From: Malacoraja senta
Taxonomy: Eukaryota
NCBI GenBank assembly: GCA_038087875.1
Contig: CM075992.1
Location: forward strand, 1,056,001 to 1,120,000
Length of the DNA stretch: 64,000 nucleotides
Direction of reading: 5' to 3'
Shown in pieces: positions 40,614 to 53,476 of this stretch (position 1 is its first letter; each line of letters begins with the position of its first letter). The notes below the pieces were generated by a model. That model was given only the letters and a program-made list of their open reading frames with translations, ran no database searches and had not been told where the DNA came from. Position numbers and translations under genes: made by a program.

Positions 40614-41050
40614 AGGTTGAACAAGTTAGGTCTTTATTCTTTGGAGCGCAGAAGGTTAAGAGGGGACTTGATAGAGGTCTTTAAAATTATGAGCGGGTTA
40701 GACAGAGTGGACGTGGATAAGCTTTTCCCATTGAGAGTAGGGAAGATTCAAACAAGGGGACATGACTTGAGAATTAAGGGACAGAAGTTTAGGGGGAACA
40801 TTAGGGGGAACTTCTTTACTCAGAGAGTGGTAGCTGTGTGGAATGAGCTTCCAGTGGAAGTGGTGGAGGCAGGTTCGATGTTATCCTTTAAAAAATAGAT
40901 TGGATGGGTATATGGACGGGAAAGGAATGGAGGGTTATGGTCTGAGTGCAGGTAGATGGGACTAGGGGGAAGTATTTATTTTTAATTTAAATGTTCGGCA
41001 CGGACTTGAAGGGCCGAGATGGCCTGTTTCCGTGCTGTTATGGTTATATA
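40614..41050 (+). mobile_element. CR1 LINE 3' fragment (second subfamily) inserted into a Penelope pLTR
   Basis: LGLYSLERRRLRGDLIEV...FFTQRVVAVWNELP; pLTR sequence resumes on both sides. Confidence 0.85.
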
Positions 41051-42057
41051 GATAAAAATGCTGGAGAAACTCAGCGGGTGAGACAGCATCTATGGAGTGA
41101 AGGAATAGGGTCGAGACCCTTCTTAGATTGGTGATTCAGTACAACAACCTCTGGCTTGTTAGGCTGACTCTCTGAGTTCTGTTTTGCCTTTTGATTCCAA
41201 TGATGGACCAACTGCAAATGATAAATTCTGCAGGACCGAAAATCACAATGAGACTGATGGGGTAAAAATGAAGACCTTTTGGCCCTTTATGTCTTGGGCA
41301 GATCTTTGAAAACACGATCCAACTAGTCACACTCTCGAAAACCCCCCAGAAACTGCTGGAGACTCTCAGCAGGTCAGGAAACAGAGTTTCAGGTCGAGAA
41401 CCTTTCGACAGAACTCTTTGTTCTGTCAATCCTCGTCTCCGATTCTTTCCCCACGGCAATAACAAATGTTTCTCTCCACCGAATATATATCCTGCCTCTT
41501 TTTGAAAGTGGCAATTGATTCTGCTTCCACCATCTTCCCAGACAGTGAATCCGAGAACTGACTGAACAGAAATAACCTGTCATCATTTTACTTTTCCGTT
41601 CCTTTGCCTATGGGTCATTATTTTAAATTTGAGGCGCAGGGGTAGAGTTGCTACCTTACAACAACAGAGAACCGGGTTCGATCCTGACCTCGGGTGCTGC
41701 CTGTGTGGAGTTTGTACGTTCCCCCTGTCACCACGTGGGTTTCCTCCGGGTGCTCCTGTTTCGTCCGACAATTCCAAAGACGTGCGGGTTTGTAGGTTAA
41801 TTGGCTTCTGTAAATTGCCCCTAGTCTGTAGGGGTGGATGAGAAAGCGGGACAACATTGAAATGGGTGATGGTTGGTCATCGTGGACTCAGTAGGCTGAA
41901 GGGCCTGTTTCCTCACTGTATCTCTGAACTAAAACTCAGTTCACAGATAAATCCCCAGTCGCTGTGATAATTAGCCACGTGTGTGAGGGGTAGTGGTGAC
42001 CTGTGCTTAGTGGAGTAGCTGGTGGAGGCTTGCTCCTTTGTTTAAAGTGGAGAGGTA

Positions 42058-42295
42058 AGGGCCTGTCCCACTTGGAGATTTTTTTGGCGACTGCCGGCAT
42101 CATTGACTGACGTATCAGGTCACTGAAAAATTTGCAGCGTGATGATGTTTTGACGCACGGCGTCTCCTCAAGTGTCACAAGTTTTTTTCTTGTCACTGCT
42201 GGATTTTGACATGTTCGAAACCTTTCGGCGACCCTGATACGTCAGTCAATGACGCTGGCAGTCGCCGAAATAAATCGGCAAGTGGGACAGGCCCT
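42058..42295. mobile_element. PIF/Harbinger-type MITE
   Basis: AGGGCCTGTCCCACTTG...CAAGTGGGACAGGCCCT; TSD GTA. Confidence 0.85.
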
Positions 42296-42932
42296 GTAGC
42301 GATCTCCTCATCCTATAATGTTAAGCTGGCTATTTCCTTCTCGCACGGAGTCAATGATTTATTTTCAGCACAGGACCAGGCGTTTGCGGATAATCCCACC
42401 AACACACCAAGCTACATTAATTCTACCAGTGCGTTCTCCTCAACCCTCACAAGCATGCAAGTGTACGATAAAGTTTACAGCGGGCCTCACATGGCCTTTG
42501 CTTAGTGACACTTCTAGCTTTGTTGCAGAAGGTTATGAAATGTTAGAATAATCCCCTCGCCAACATTGGCCCCGTTCCCAGACTTGCGAAGTGTATCACA
42601 CTCTGCCCTGGTGCTGAGGTCCTGATTCAACACAATACCTTAGGGAGCTGTTAGTCTGTGGTGGAGGCGGATTCTTCTGCTCCTGATCTCCTGGTGATCC
42701 CACACTTGTCCACAGCTCATTTCAGTAGTAGCTTTAGTAACACCAACCAGAGAGCAGATCTGACCTACCATCAGAATGTCCCTGCAAGGGCAAGGGGGTG
42801 AAGGTGGTGCATTTAGGGAACTCTGGTCAATGAAGGATATTGAAAGGTTAGATCAGGGAAAAGGAAAGAAGCACATGTCAGGTATAGGAAATTGTTTGGA
42901 ATAACTCACGCGAGGTTTATAGGGATATCTAA

Positions 42933-43261
42933 AGGGCCTGTCCCACTTACGCAACTTTTTCGACGACTGCCGGCATAGGTCGGCGAAAATTTTCAACATG
43001 TTGAATATCCAGCGGCGACAAGAAAGACGCTACCACTCTTTGGGTAACTGAGGAGACGACTCACGACCATACAGGCTACACCCTGGCGACATGTCGCAGG
43101 GTGAATGAAGCCTGTATGGTCGTGAGTAGTCGCCCAAAGAGTCGTACCTTGTTCTGGTCACCGCTGGATTTTCAACATGTTGAAAATTTTCGGCGACCTG
43201 TAATGACCTATGACGGGTGCCGACAGTCGCCGAAAAATTCGCCGTAAGTGGGACAGGCCCT
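42933..43261. mobile_element. PIF/Harbinger-type MITE (same subfamily as 9886-10202)
   Basis: AGGGCCTGTCCCACTTACG...CGTAAGTGGGACAGGCCCT; TSD TAA. Confidence 0.88.
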
Positions 43262-44136
43262 TAAGGATACTATCTATCTCATTGGAGACCATCCAGCCAT
43301 CTTTAATCAGAAGATAGACACAAAAAGCTGGAGTAACTCAGGCAGCATCTCTGGAGAGAAGGAATGGGTGACGTTTCGGGTCGAGACCCTTCTGCAGACC
43401 CGAAACGTCACCCATCCCTTCTCTCCAGAGATGCTGCCTGTCCCGCTGAGTTACTCCAGCTTTTTGTGTCTATCTTCGGTTTAAGCCAGCATCTGCACTT
43501 CCTTCTTACACATCCTTAATCAGACTTAACTGGACTTTATCTTGCACTAAACATTATATCCTTTATCCTGTATCTGTTAACTGTGGACGGCTTGATTATA
43601 TAATCATGTATAGTCTTTCTGCTGACTAGATAGCAGGCAAAATATAAGCTTTTCACTGTATTTCGCGACACGTGACAATAATAATTAAACTAAATCAATA
43701 CTAAAGATGAGACTGCTATTGGTCTCTCTTTATGTTAATATCTTCATGATAACCAAATCCCACAAATGTTTAATCTCGCTAGAAGTTTGATTATTTATAT
43801 TAAATATAACAGGGCATCTGAAAACATTTGACCTGTCCATAAGGACTCTCTCAAACCTCTATAGATGTGTAAAATACAATATTCTGATGGAATGTACCTC
43901 GGCCTGTTGTGGCAACTGGAGGAATGAGAAATGGTAGGTTATGGATTGCGTGAGTTAATCTTGGCATCAGGTGCCACAGACATAGTTGGAATAAGTCATC
44001 CTGTTCTGTGTTCCATGGAACTGCTCTGCTCTTGACTGCCTGAACCTGCAGGGAGTGGTGAACACAGCCCAGTCCATCACAGACTCCTCACATCCTGCCA
44101 TCTCCGTGGCGCATTGCATCGGGAAGGCTAGAAGGA

Positions 44137-44672
44137 TAGAAACATAGAAACATAGAAAATAGGTGCAGGAGTAGGCCATTCGGCCCTTCGAGCTGCACCG
44201 CCATTCAATATGATCATGGCTGATCATCCAACTCAGTATCCTGTACCTGCCTTCTCTCCATACCCCCTGATCCCTTTAGCCACAAGGACCACATCTAACT
44301 CCCTCTTAAATATAGCCAATGAACTGGCCTCAACTACCTTCTGTGGCAGAGAATTCCAGAGATTCACCACTCTCTGTGTAAAAACATTTTTTCTCATCTC
44401 AGTCCTAAAAGATTTCCCCTTTATCCTTAAACTGTGACCCCTTGTTCTGGACTCCCCCAACATCGGGAACAATCTTCCTGCATCTAGCCTGTCCAAACCC
44501 TTAAGAATTTTGTAACTTTCTATAAGACCCCCCCTCAATCTTCTAAATTCCAGCGAGTACAAGCCGAGTCTATCCAGTCTTTCCTCATATGAAAGTCCTG
44601 ACATCCCAGGAATCAGTCTGGTGAACCTTCTCTGTACTCCCTCTATGGCAAGAATGTCCTTCCTCAGATTTT
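44137..44672 (-). mobile_element. CR1 LINE 3' fragment
   Basis: EGVQRRFTRLIPGM...RVVNLWNSLP and the CR1 tail. Confidence 0.9.
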
Positions 44673-46744
44673 GGACTGCATCCTCATTGTCCCCTGTGCC
44701 CTTGGTGTACAAAACCTTATCGGCGTCAACCTTGATTCTTCCCAACAACTCCCATGTATTTTCTCTGGAATCTCCACTTCCCTCCAACACTCCAAAGACG
44801 TACAGGTTTGTAGGCCTATTGGCTTGGTATAATTGTAAATTGTCCCTTGTGTTTCCATCCTGTGATAAATAAAGTTCCATCATATCGTATCGTATTGTAT
44901 TGTGTGTGTAGGAAAGTGGTCGGCACGGACTCAGTGGGCTGAAGGGCCTGTTTCCGCACTGCATCTCTAAACTAAACTAAACTAAACTGAATTCAACACC
45001 TTCTGCCATAAAGCAGTCCAAAGATCCATAACTCCCTGAGTAAATAAATATTTTCTCATCTTGATCCTAAATATCTAACCTGCCTATCCTGAGACTGCAC
45101 CACCTTATTCCGTTCTATCTGGTCTGAAGATACAATCTGGCAATATTTGTGATGTTAAGCCCCCTCATTTCAACGTGTTCACTTGCAGTGTTTCTGCCCG
45201 TCAAAGAACAAAGTCCTGGCTTCACTCAATCACTCCCCTGGAGCAACTAGCAAATTCCAGGCCTTAGACATTTGGTTCTTTAGTTTAATTTAGTTTAGAG
45301 ATACAGTGTGGAAACAGGCCCTTCGGCCCACCGCCGATTTACAGAGGGCCAATTAACCTACAAATCTGCATGTCTGTGGGATGTGGGAGGAAACCGGAGC
45401 ACCAGGAGGAAACCCACGCGGTCACAGGGAGAACGTGCAAACTCCAAACAGGCAGCACCCGAGGACGGGGCGGAACCTGGGTCTCTGGCTGAGATTTGCC
45501 CATGACCCAACAAGGGTGCAGGAATTGATTCCGACCTTGTGAGTGCATTGGGGTTTGTTGCATGTCCCAGTAACTAAATGCCAAGGCAGATGCATCATTG
45601 TGGAAATCAATGAACTGTGAATTTTAATTTGCATTGGAAAATATCTTTTGTGCACCAGAAATGTTATTTGAATTTCTGATTGAACAGGATGCGACAATGA
45701 GCAATATACTCAAGGATCATGTCCACTGAATGCATTGTTAACGAGTGTATTTGATGTGAAAATCATTAGAATGGCTTATATATTTTTTTTAAATTGATTA
45801 ATGTGTTCCTTGCACCTGACAAGAGATTGGGGAGTGGATAGTTTATTTATCTCTCCAGCCTTGAGCCAGTGGGCACTGAGATGAAGATGTTATTTATTGA
45901 ATCTGCAATTCACATCCGAAAAGTTCAGATACATTGCGGAGATGATGAAGTACACTGGGGATAATCAAGGCTGAAGGAGGATTGTGTGTCAGCAGTGATT
46001 ACAGTCCCCCGCCCCTGACATTCCAGCAGAAGAGATGAGGAAGATGGATTTGGAAGATGGAAGATGTATAAAGGTTGCCTGAAATTGAGTGAGTTAGAGA
46101 GAGAGAGAGAGAGATGCAGAGAATGGTGAGGAAGGGAAAGAAACAATGAAGAGGGAGAGAGAAGCAGAGAGATGTGATGAAGGAGATAGTTGGAAAGAAG
46201 CATAGTGAAGGAGAGATGGAGAGAGAGGGAACGTATGGAGAACTAAGGATGGGAGAGAGATATCAGAGGAGAAAAGAGGCGATGAAGGAAAGAAAAGGCA
46301 GAAGGTGAAAGAGGGAGGCAAGCTAACAGCAAATATCGAGGTTTTAGTTTTAGAGATACAGCGTGGAAACAGGCCGTTCGGCCCACCAAGTCCGCACCGA
46401 CCAATGATCGCCCGTACACTAGTCCTATCCTGCAGACTAGGGACAATATACAGAAGCCAATTAACCTACAAACATGCACATCTTTGGAATGTGGGAGGAA
46501 ACTAGAGCACCTGGAGAAAACCCACGCAGGTCACGGGGAGAACATTCAATCTCTCTGCCCGTAGTCAGGATTGAACCCGGGTCTTAGAGAAAAAAACAAT
46601 GGGTGTAGGAGTAGGCCCTTCGAGCCAGCACCGTCATTCAATATGATCATGGCTGATCACCTCAAATCAGTACCCCGTTCCTGCTTTCTCCCCATATCCC
46701 TTGATTCCATCAGCCCTAAGAGCTAAATCTAACTCTCCCTTGAA

Positions 46745-46944
46745 NNNNNNNNNNNNNNNNNNNNNNNNNNNNNNNNNNNNNNNNNNNNNNNNNNNNNNNN
46801 NNNNNNNNNNNNNNNNNNNNNNNNNNNNNNNNNNNNNNNNNNNNNNNNNNNNNNNNNNNNNNNNNNNNNNNNNNNNNNNNNNNNNNNNNNNNNNNNNNNN
46901 NNNNNNNNNNNNNNNNNNNNNNNNNNNNNNNNNNNNNNNNNNNN
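46745..46944. other. Assembly gap (200 N), flanked by CR1-tail repeats
   Basis: Run of exactly 200 N. Confidence 0.99.
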
Positions 46945-48553
46945 CTGGCTCGAAGGGCCGAATGGCCTACTCGTGTCTATTGTCTATTCAGGTTGGGACC
47001 CTATACATGTCTTCCAGAGATGCCGCCTGACCCACTGAGTTACTCCAGCACTTTGTGTTTTGCTCACTATTCTTTAAAATGGTGACCCTGCATTTTAAAC
47101 CGCTTCTCCAAGTTGTAGATCCTCCGAAATGTGCAAACATTCTCTCCACTTTGTCAAGAATACTCAGCACCTTACAGCCCTTCAGTCAACCCCTCAACCA
47201 GGTTTAAGCCTGTCCAATCTTTCCTCATGGGGCAACCAATTAACCTGCAAACCTAGTTTGTAGGTTAATTGGCTTCAGTAAAAATTCTAAAATTGAGATA
47301 GTGCTGGTGTACGGGGTGACCACTGGTCGGTGCGGACGCAGTGGGCCGAAGGGCTTGTTTCCGCACCGTATCTCTTAAAGTCTAAGGATAAAGCTTAAGG
47401 CAGAGATAGATAGATTCCCGACTAGTACGGGTGTCGTGGGGTTATGGGGAGAAGGCAGGAGAATGGGGTCAGAGGGGAGAGATAGATCAGCCATGATTGA
47501 ATGGCGGAGTAGACTTGATGGGCCGAATGGCCTAATTCTACTCCAATGCCTTATGCCCTTATGATAGCACAGCTCACTAGATTCACTAGTATCTCTAAAC
47601 TAATGAACTAAATGGTTTTTTGAAGACTTTAGGCTTATTGTGTGTGTATTGCTGGCAATGCTGGTTTTCCCAGTCACTGTAAAGGTTGATTCTTCAATGG
47701 TGCTGGATCAATTTCTTCAACCCCTGGCAGCAGCTGCGTGCATGGTGATTCATCAAATCACGAGGGCTGGTAAGATGGAGGCGAGGTTGGAGTTGGGAAT
47801 AAGATGTGTCCAGGCACTGGTGAATCAGTCGGAATCTGCGAAACATTCTGGTCTCTTCTCAAATCACCATTAACGGCTCTGAATAGTGGATTATTGGTCC
47901 ATTTACACAATCACTTAACAACTTTCACCCCGGTGGAAAAGAAAAATGTGCTTCGGGAAGCCTGCAAGCTTAATTTAGCCGGTGTTGAATCAGAATATGA
48001 CGATAATCGACAATTCCTCTTGTGAGTTAAAACTACTGGAACGGATCCAGGGTTTTTGACTAAAATATCTGAATAACAATCAAGGGCAGGATTTGAATCT
48101 ATTATGTGGGAGGCTGAGGGTTTCTTAAAAAAATGCTTTACATCTCTGCAATAATTTCACAGTTCGTTGACATTCGGCAGGAGATGAGATTTGTTGCCAT
48201 GGCAGAGTTTTCACCGGGAAAAAGGGTGGCTGGCCCGACTGTCCAATGTTGCAGTTTGTGCTCAAACCCAGCTTCTACTGCACACACACACATACTGACT
48301 CACCCCCAACTGTGTATCTTTCTACTCCCTTCTCCCTCATTGCCACAGAGGGCTGTGGAGGCCAAGGCAGAGGTAGATAGATTCTTGATTAGTACAGGTG
48401 GCAGGGGTTATGGGGAGAAAGCAGGAGAATGGGGTTAGGAGGGAGAGATAGATCAGCCATGATTGAATGGCAGAGTAGACTTGATGGGCCGAATGGCCTA
48501 ATTCTGCTTATGAACATGAACTTTTGCAGTTAACTCTCATTATAATGGACCAT

Positions 48554-48585
<32 letters not shown>

Positions 48586-48984
48586 AGGCACGGGTAACAA
48601 TGATAAGCCCAACCAACAATAGAATATAAATGACCTTCAGTTTCAGATTCCATCTATTCTGCCAAGCCTATTCATGTATTTGACGGTCTTTGTTCTATCT
48701 TCTAATTAACCGAGAAGCGTCTGTCTCATTCTGTAACTTTTCCTGATGTATATATAATCCCCAACCTTATAAATATTTTCCAATCATTGTCTTCGGAACA
48801 TTTGCATTTGTTTTCCAGTGGGGATCAGAAGAGTGCGTGGTAGTCCAAGCATTACGGCCAGTATTTGTCCATCCCCTAATTAGTTAATTATTCATTAAAT
48901 CTAAATGCTTTATCTTTGCCAATCCAGTTAATCTATTTTCCCTTTGCTTTCCATGAGACATGCCTATATTAATTCCTTTTCCAC

Positions 48985-49285
48985 TTATCTGAGTCTCTTG
49001 CCCAGAGTAGGGGAATCGAGGACCAGAGGACATAGGTTCAAGGTGAAGGGGAAAAGATTGAATAAGAATCTTAGGGGTAACTTTTTCACACTGAGGGTGG
49101 TGAGTGTATGGAACAGGCTGCTGGAAGAGATAGTTGAGGCTGGGACTATCCCAATGTTTAGGAAGCAGTTAGACAGGTACGTGGATCGGACGGGTTTGGA
49201 GGGATATGGGCCTAGTGGGACTAGTGTAGCTGGGATATGTTGGCCAGTGTGGGCAAGTTGGGCCTGTTTCCACACTGTATCACTC
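48985..49285 (+). mobile_element. CR1 LINE 3' fragment
   Basis: SRTRGHRFKV...FFTLRVVSVWN. Confidence 0.8.
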
Positions 49286-49705
49286 TATTTAGGAATGATC
49301 ATCATAGTTTATTCGGTTGCACTTACGCCTTCTCGGTTCCATAGCTCCGGTAATCTATTGCAGCAGAGATTCCCACTACCAAGGCAGGGAAGCAGTAACC
49401 GCAGAGATAGTAGTACTTCTTCCTGGAGTAATCGCTCTCAAAGACCTCAACCAGCATGAGGTAGAGGTGGACGCCTTCAAGACACATCCAGGAGAAGGCA
49501 GCGAGGAAGAAGAAGTGGAGGAAGCCAGCGATTATTGGGCAGACAACCTGAAAGAGAAAGACAAGCGAGTGACATCAGGGCCCGAAACCTGAGGGAAACA
49601 CAATTGTCATTCCAGTGGGGAGCAGGATTGAAGCATTGGAGGAGGAAATAGGAACTGGGAGAGTGATTGGCTCGAGTTGGGACACAGCCCAGCGACAGGG
49701 ATCAA

Positions 49706-50125
49706 GATAGACGCAAAGTGCTGGAGTAACTCAGCGGGTCAGGCAGCATCTGTGGAGAACATGGATAGGTGACGTTTCACAGAGTGCTGGAGTAACTCAG
49801 CGGGTCATGCAGCATCTGTGGTGAACATGGATAGGTGACGTTTCACAGAGTGCTGGAGTAACTCAGCGGGTCAGGCAGCATCTGTGGAGCGAAGGAAATG
49901 GGCAACCTTTCGGGCTGAAACCCTGAAGGAAATAGGCAACGTTTCGGGCCGAAACCCGGAAGGGTTTCGGGCCGAAACGTTGCCTATTTCCTTCGCTCCA
50001 TAGATGCTGCCGGAACATGGATAGGTGACGTTTCACAGAGTGCTGGAGTAACTCAGCGGGTCAGGCAGCATCTCTGGAGAACATGGATAGGTGACGTTTC
50101 GGGCTGGGAACCTTCTTCAGACTGA
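49706..50125 (-). repeat. Second copy of the composite 66-bp array
   Basis: Same units and nearly identical internal insert and junctions as 22989-23531. Confidence 0.85.
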
Positions 50126-50514
50126 AGTAGGGGGTGTGGGTGGAGGTGAGATAAGAGCAGGACACAGATGGCCTCAGGCAGGGTGGTGTCTGTTCAGCCC
50201 ATTGTTGGCTAGGGAAGGTGTAATCGACAGAGATCAAGATCTGGACTTGGATCTGGATGTTCATATCAGGGTTGAAGCTGAGACTTCAAACATCAAATTA
50301 TTGGCGGATTTGAGCCCGAGGTTGGGACTGGGGAGTGGGAGGGTCCCGACGTTACACATGACCAGAAATGTCACCCAACGAGCCGTGAACAGCAACCACA
50401 AATAATGAAGATAATACTTTTATTTCCCTTCTCTCCAACTCTTTAAACATGACAACTATGTCATGCGGAGTGTGGGCATTTTATGAAGTAGCTCAAACTC
50501 ATCTCAAATAAGAT

Positions 50515-50983
50515 GTCTAGGTGTCAGCATCTCTGCATCGGTGAGACCAAGCGCAGGCTTGGCGATCGCTTCGCCCAACACCTCCGCTCGGTCCGCATTA
50601 ACCTACCCGATCTCCCGGTGGCCCAGCACTTCAACCCCCCCCTCCCATTCCGAATCCGACCTTTCTGTCCTGTGCCTCCTCCATGGCCAGAGTGAGCACC
50701 ACCGGAAATTGGAGGAGCACCACCTCATATTTTGCTTGGGCAGGTTACACCCCAGCTGTATGAACATTGACTTCTCCAATTTCAGGTAGTCCTTGCTTTC
50801 TCCCTCCTTCCCCTCCCCAGCTCTCCCACAGCCCACTGTCTCCGCCTCTTCCTTTCTCCTTCCCGCCCCCCAACCTGCCCCACATCTGTCTGAAGAAGGG
50901 TCTCGACCCGAAACGTCACCTATTTCCTTCGCTCCATAGATGCTGCCTCACCCGCTGAGTTTCTCCAGCATTTTTGTCTACCT
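50515..50983 (+). mobile_element. Penelope-like element 3' fragment: GIY-YIG endonuclease C-terminus + hammerhead-containing pLTR
   Basis: Frameshifted peptide CIGETKRRLGDRFAQHLRS...PVAQHFN / SHSESDLSVL...RKLEEHHLIF...MNIDFSNFR*. Flanked by an 11-bp direct repeat TCAAATAAGAT (50504-50514, 50984-50994). Confidence 0.88.
50888..50919 (+). ncRNA. Minimal type-I hammerhead ribozyme motif (Penelope-associated)
   Basis: CTGAAGA-A-GGGTC(TC)GACCC-GAAAC-GTC: conserved core, stem II, palindromic ACGT stem III, GUC cleavage triplet. Confidence 0.75.
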
Positions 50984-51650
50984 TCAAATAAGATCAAATC
51001 ACCTTGATCCAAAAGCTTTCCAAATCCTAATCTCATAAACGTCACCTATCCATGTTCTCCAGAGATGCTGCCTGACCCGCTGAGTTACTCCAGCACTCAG
51101 AGTGCTGGAGTAACTCAGCGGGTCAGGCAGCATCTCTGGTGAAAAAGGAAGGGTGACATTTCGGGCTGGGAACCTTCTTCAGACTGAAGTAGGGGGTGGG
51201 GGTGGAGATGAGAAAACCCACTCAGTCACAGGGACAATGTACAAACTCCGTACATACGGCACCAGTGATCGGCATGGAACTCAGGCCTTTGGCACTGTAA
51301 GGCAGCAGCTCTACCGCTGAGCCACCAGGCACGGTATGTGGAAAGAGCTGCCAGAGGAGGTAGTTGAGGCAGGTACAGGGATAGGAAAGATTTAGAGGGA
51401 TATGGGCCAAACGCAGGCAGGTGGGACTTGTGTAGGGCGAGCATTTTGGTCAGTATGGATGAGTTGGGCCGAAGGGCCTGTTTCCATGCTGTATGAACAA
51501 GGAAGATATCCCTTTGAAAGGCAATCTTCCATTTATCGTTAAACTTTTGGTTTCCTCAAGCATTGGGTGCAACATAACTGAAAATAAATGGTTTCAGGAC
51601 CTGGTGAGGGGTGTGTAAAGATACGGAGTAGGTACATCCCTTTTATCTTG

Positions 51651-51881
51651 AATTCTCCCAATTCTGCTAGCCCTTGCTGTCCCCTCCCCTTCATCAGCCA
51701 TCTGGTTGTCTCCTCCCCTCCCCCAGCCCTCGGGCTCCTCCTCCGCATTTTTCCTTTTTTCCTTTCTTCTCCCCACCCCCTATCAGTCTGAAGAAGGGTT
51801 TCGGCCCGAAACGTTGCCTATTTCCTTCGCTCCATAGATGCTGCTGCACCCGCTGAGTTTCTCCAGCGTTTTTGTCTACCT
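51651..51881 (+). mobile_element. Short Penelope-derived insert (end of GIY-YIG ORF + hammerhead + tail) inside an L1 3' UTR
   Basis: 14-bp TSD TCCCTTTTATCTTG (51637-51650, 51882-51895). The empty site is visible in the other L1 copy at about 8663-8676. Confidence 0.85.
51786..51817 (+). ncRNA. Minimal hammerhead motif, GUU variant with UUCG loop II
   Basis: CTGAAGA-A-GGGT(TTCG)GCCC-GAAAC-GTT. Confidence 0.7.
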
Positions 51882-52831
51882 TCCCTTTTATCTTGTCTTA
51901 TTTTACTCTCTTCTGTTCTCTATTTTTCTCTTTCTTTTTCTTTGGTTTTCTTTTTAAGTCTTTCTCGTGGTTTCCGTTCCTACGGGTCTCTCCGGACCAC
52001 TCTTTCACTCACTCACTATCTTATCTAACTCTTTCTATTTTTCTTCTTTTTAAAGTTTAAAACAAGAAGTGGTACAAGAAATGTATTGTGTTAGTTTTGG
52101 TTGATATGACTGCAATGTACGTTACTTCTAATAAATAAAAATATATTTTAAAATTAAAAAAAAAAAAAAAATTGGTTTCCAAATGCTTTTCTATTTACCC
52201 AACGGAGATATGATTATTTTCACTATCGTCTATTCAGTTGACCCCAAGGTCTGAGTGCAGCCAACATTTTCAGCCTGAATGGCATTTAAATGTCTCTCTG
52301 AACCCCGAGAGATGTGATATCTGCTCGCTTAAACATCACCTATTCACCAGTACACCATTTTCTAATGAATAGCTGAATCTGTGCCTTGTGCCTCTGAATG
52401 AAATGCACAGATGTAATCGATCCAATTACTGGGTGAGTATTTAAGCACTGGTTAGGTAATGTAGCCCCATTAGTAACCCAGTTCACTCATTCAACTTACA
52501 AAATGGAATTTAATCATTATATTTCTTTGTGCTGCTGTGGCTTCGAGAAATGACCCCAAAATGTTACCGGGCAGTTGTAAAACCTAACTGGTTCATTGCT
52601 GTGCTTCAGGGGATATGCTGGCAAATAGCCCGCAAAGGATATCGTGGCTGCGAATGATACCAGCTCTTCACCCCTAGGAATCCATCTGATATTTTAAAGA
52701 ATATATTGCCAGAGTAGACACAAAAAAGCTGGAGTAACTCAGCGGGACAGGCAGCATCTCTGGATGACGTTTCAAGTTGAGACCCTTCTTATTTTTCCAG
52801 AGTACTTGCTGTTGTACCCCAACAGAACAAT

Positions 52832-53153
52832 GGTGGTCGCGGTGGCGTAGCGGTAGAGTTGCTGCCTTACAGTGCTAGCAGCGCCAGAGACCCGGGTTCG
52901 AACCTGACTACGGGTGCTGTCTGTATGGTGTTTGTACGTTCTCCCCGTGACCGCGTCCGTTTTCTCCGAGGTCTTCGGTTTCCTCCCACACTCCAAAGAC
53001 GTACAGGTTTGTAGGTTAATTGGCTTGGTGTAAATGTGTAAATTGTTGCTAGTGTGTGTAGGATAGTGTTAGTGTGCGGGGATCAGTGGTCAGTACGGAC
53101 TCGCTGGGCCGAAGGGCCAGTTTCCGCGCTGTATCTCTAAACTAAACTAAACT
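52832..53153 (+). mobile_element. Full-length tRNA-derived V-SINE (HE1-like)
   Basis: A-box GGTGGCGTAGCGGT, B-box GGTTCGAACC, V-domain GTTTGTACGTTCTCCCCGTGACC, CR1-type tail with (CTAAA)n. Many partial copies elsewhere in the window. Confidence 0.85.
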
Positions 53154-53259
53154 GAGAAACGGTTTCCATTTTTTGACTTTTAGGAAGTCATGTCCACCAA
53201 GTGGTGAGTGGCATTAACTAATTACACTACCAAAATGCAAAAATACACATTTATCTAAT

Positions 53260-53476
53260 CAGGGGTTCCCAACCTTGTTCGTCCCGTTTACCCCTGGCAA
53301 CTTTAATAGTACATAACAATGTTATTTCACTTATTTACGGACAACTAATGATGAACAGATATGGGTATACCAGAACCAAACACAGTCAGTCAATGAGAAA
53401 ACATATGTACAAATCCAGAATCAACAAATTTACCCCCTGGGTAGGTGACATTTACCCCCCAGGTTGGGAAGCCTTG
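53260..53476. mobile_element. hAT-type MITE
   Basis: TIR CAGGGGTTCCCAACCT / AGGTTGGGAAGCCTTG; TSD is degenerate. Confidence 0.6.

Larger units (their letters stand above)
51560..52171 (+). mobile_element. L1 3' UTR + poly(A), same family as the 6.4-8.9 kb copy
   Basis: Aligns by eye with 8588-8933; AATAAA and poly(A) at about 52130-52171. Confidence 0.85.

Noticed and set aside
41300..41350. VFES peptide resembling ADGRL1 VFESEY
   Set aside because: Surrounding residues do not match and it abuts repeat sequence.
48557..48585. Long G homopolymer (also about 14606-14626) as a functional G-quadruplex
   Set aside because: Simple homopolymer of uncertain length with no supporting context.
52835..52915. 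tRNA gene
   Set aside because: A and B boxes belong to a V-SINE head followed by the SINE body and tail; no complete cloverleaf.
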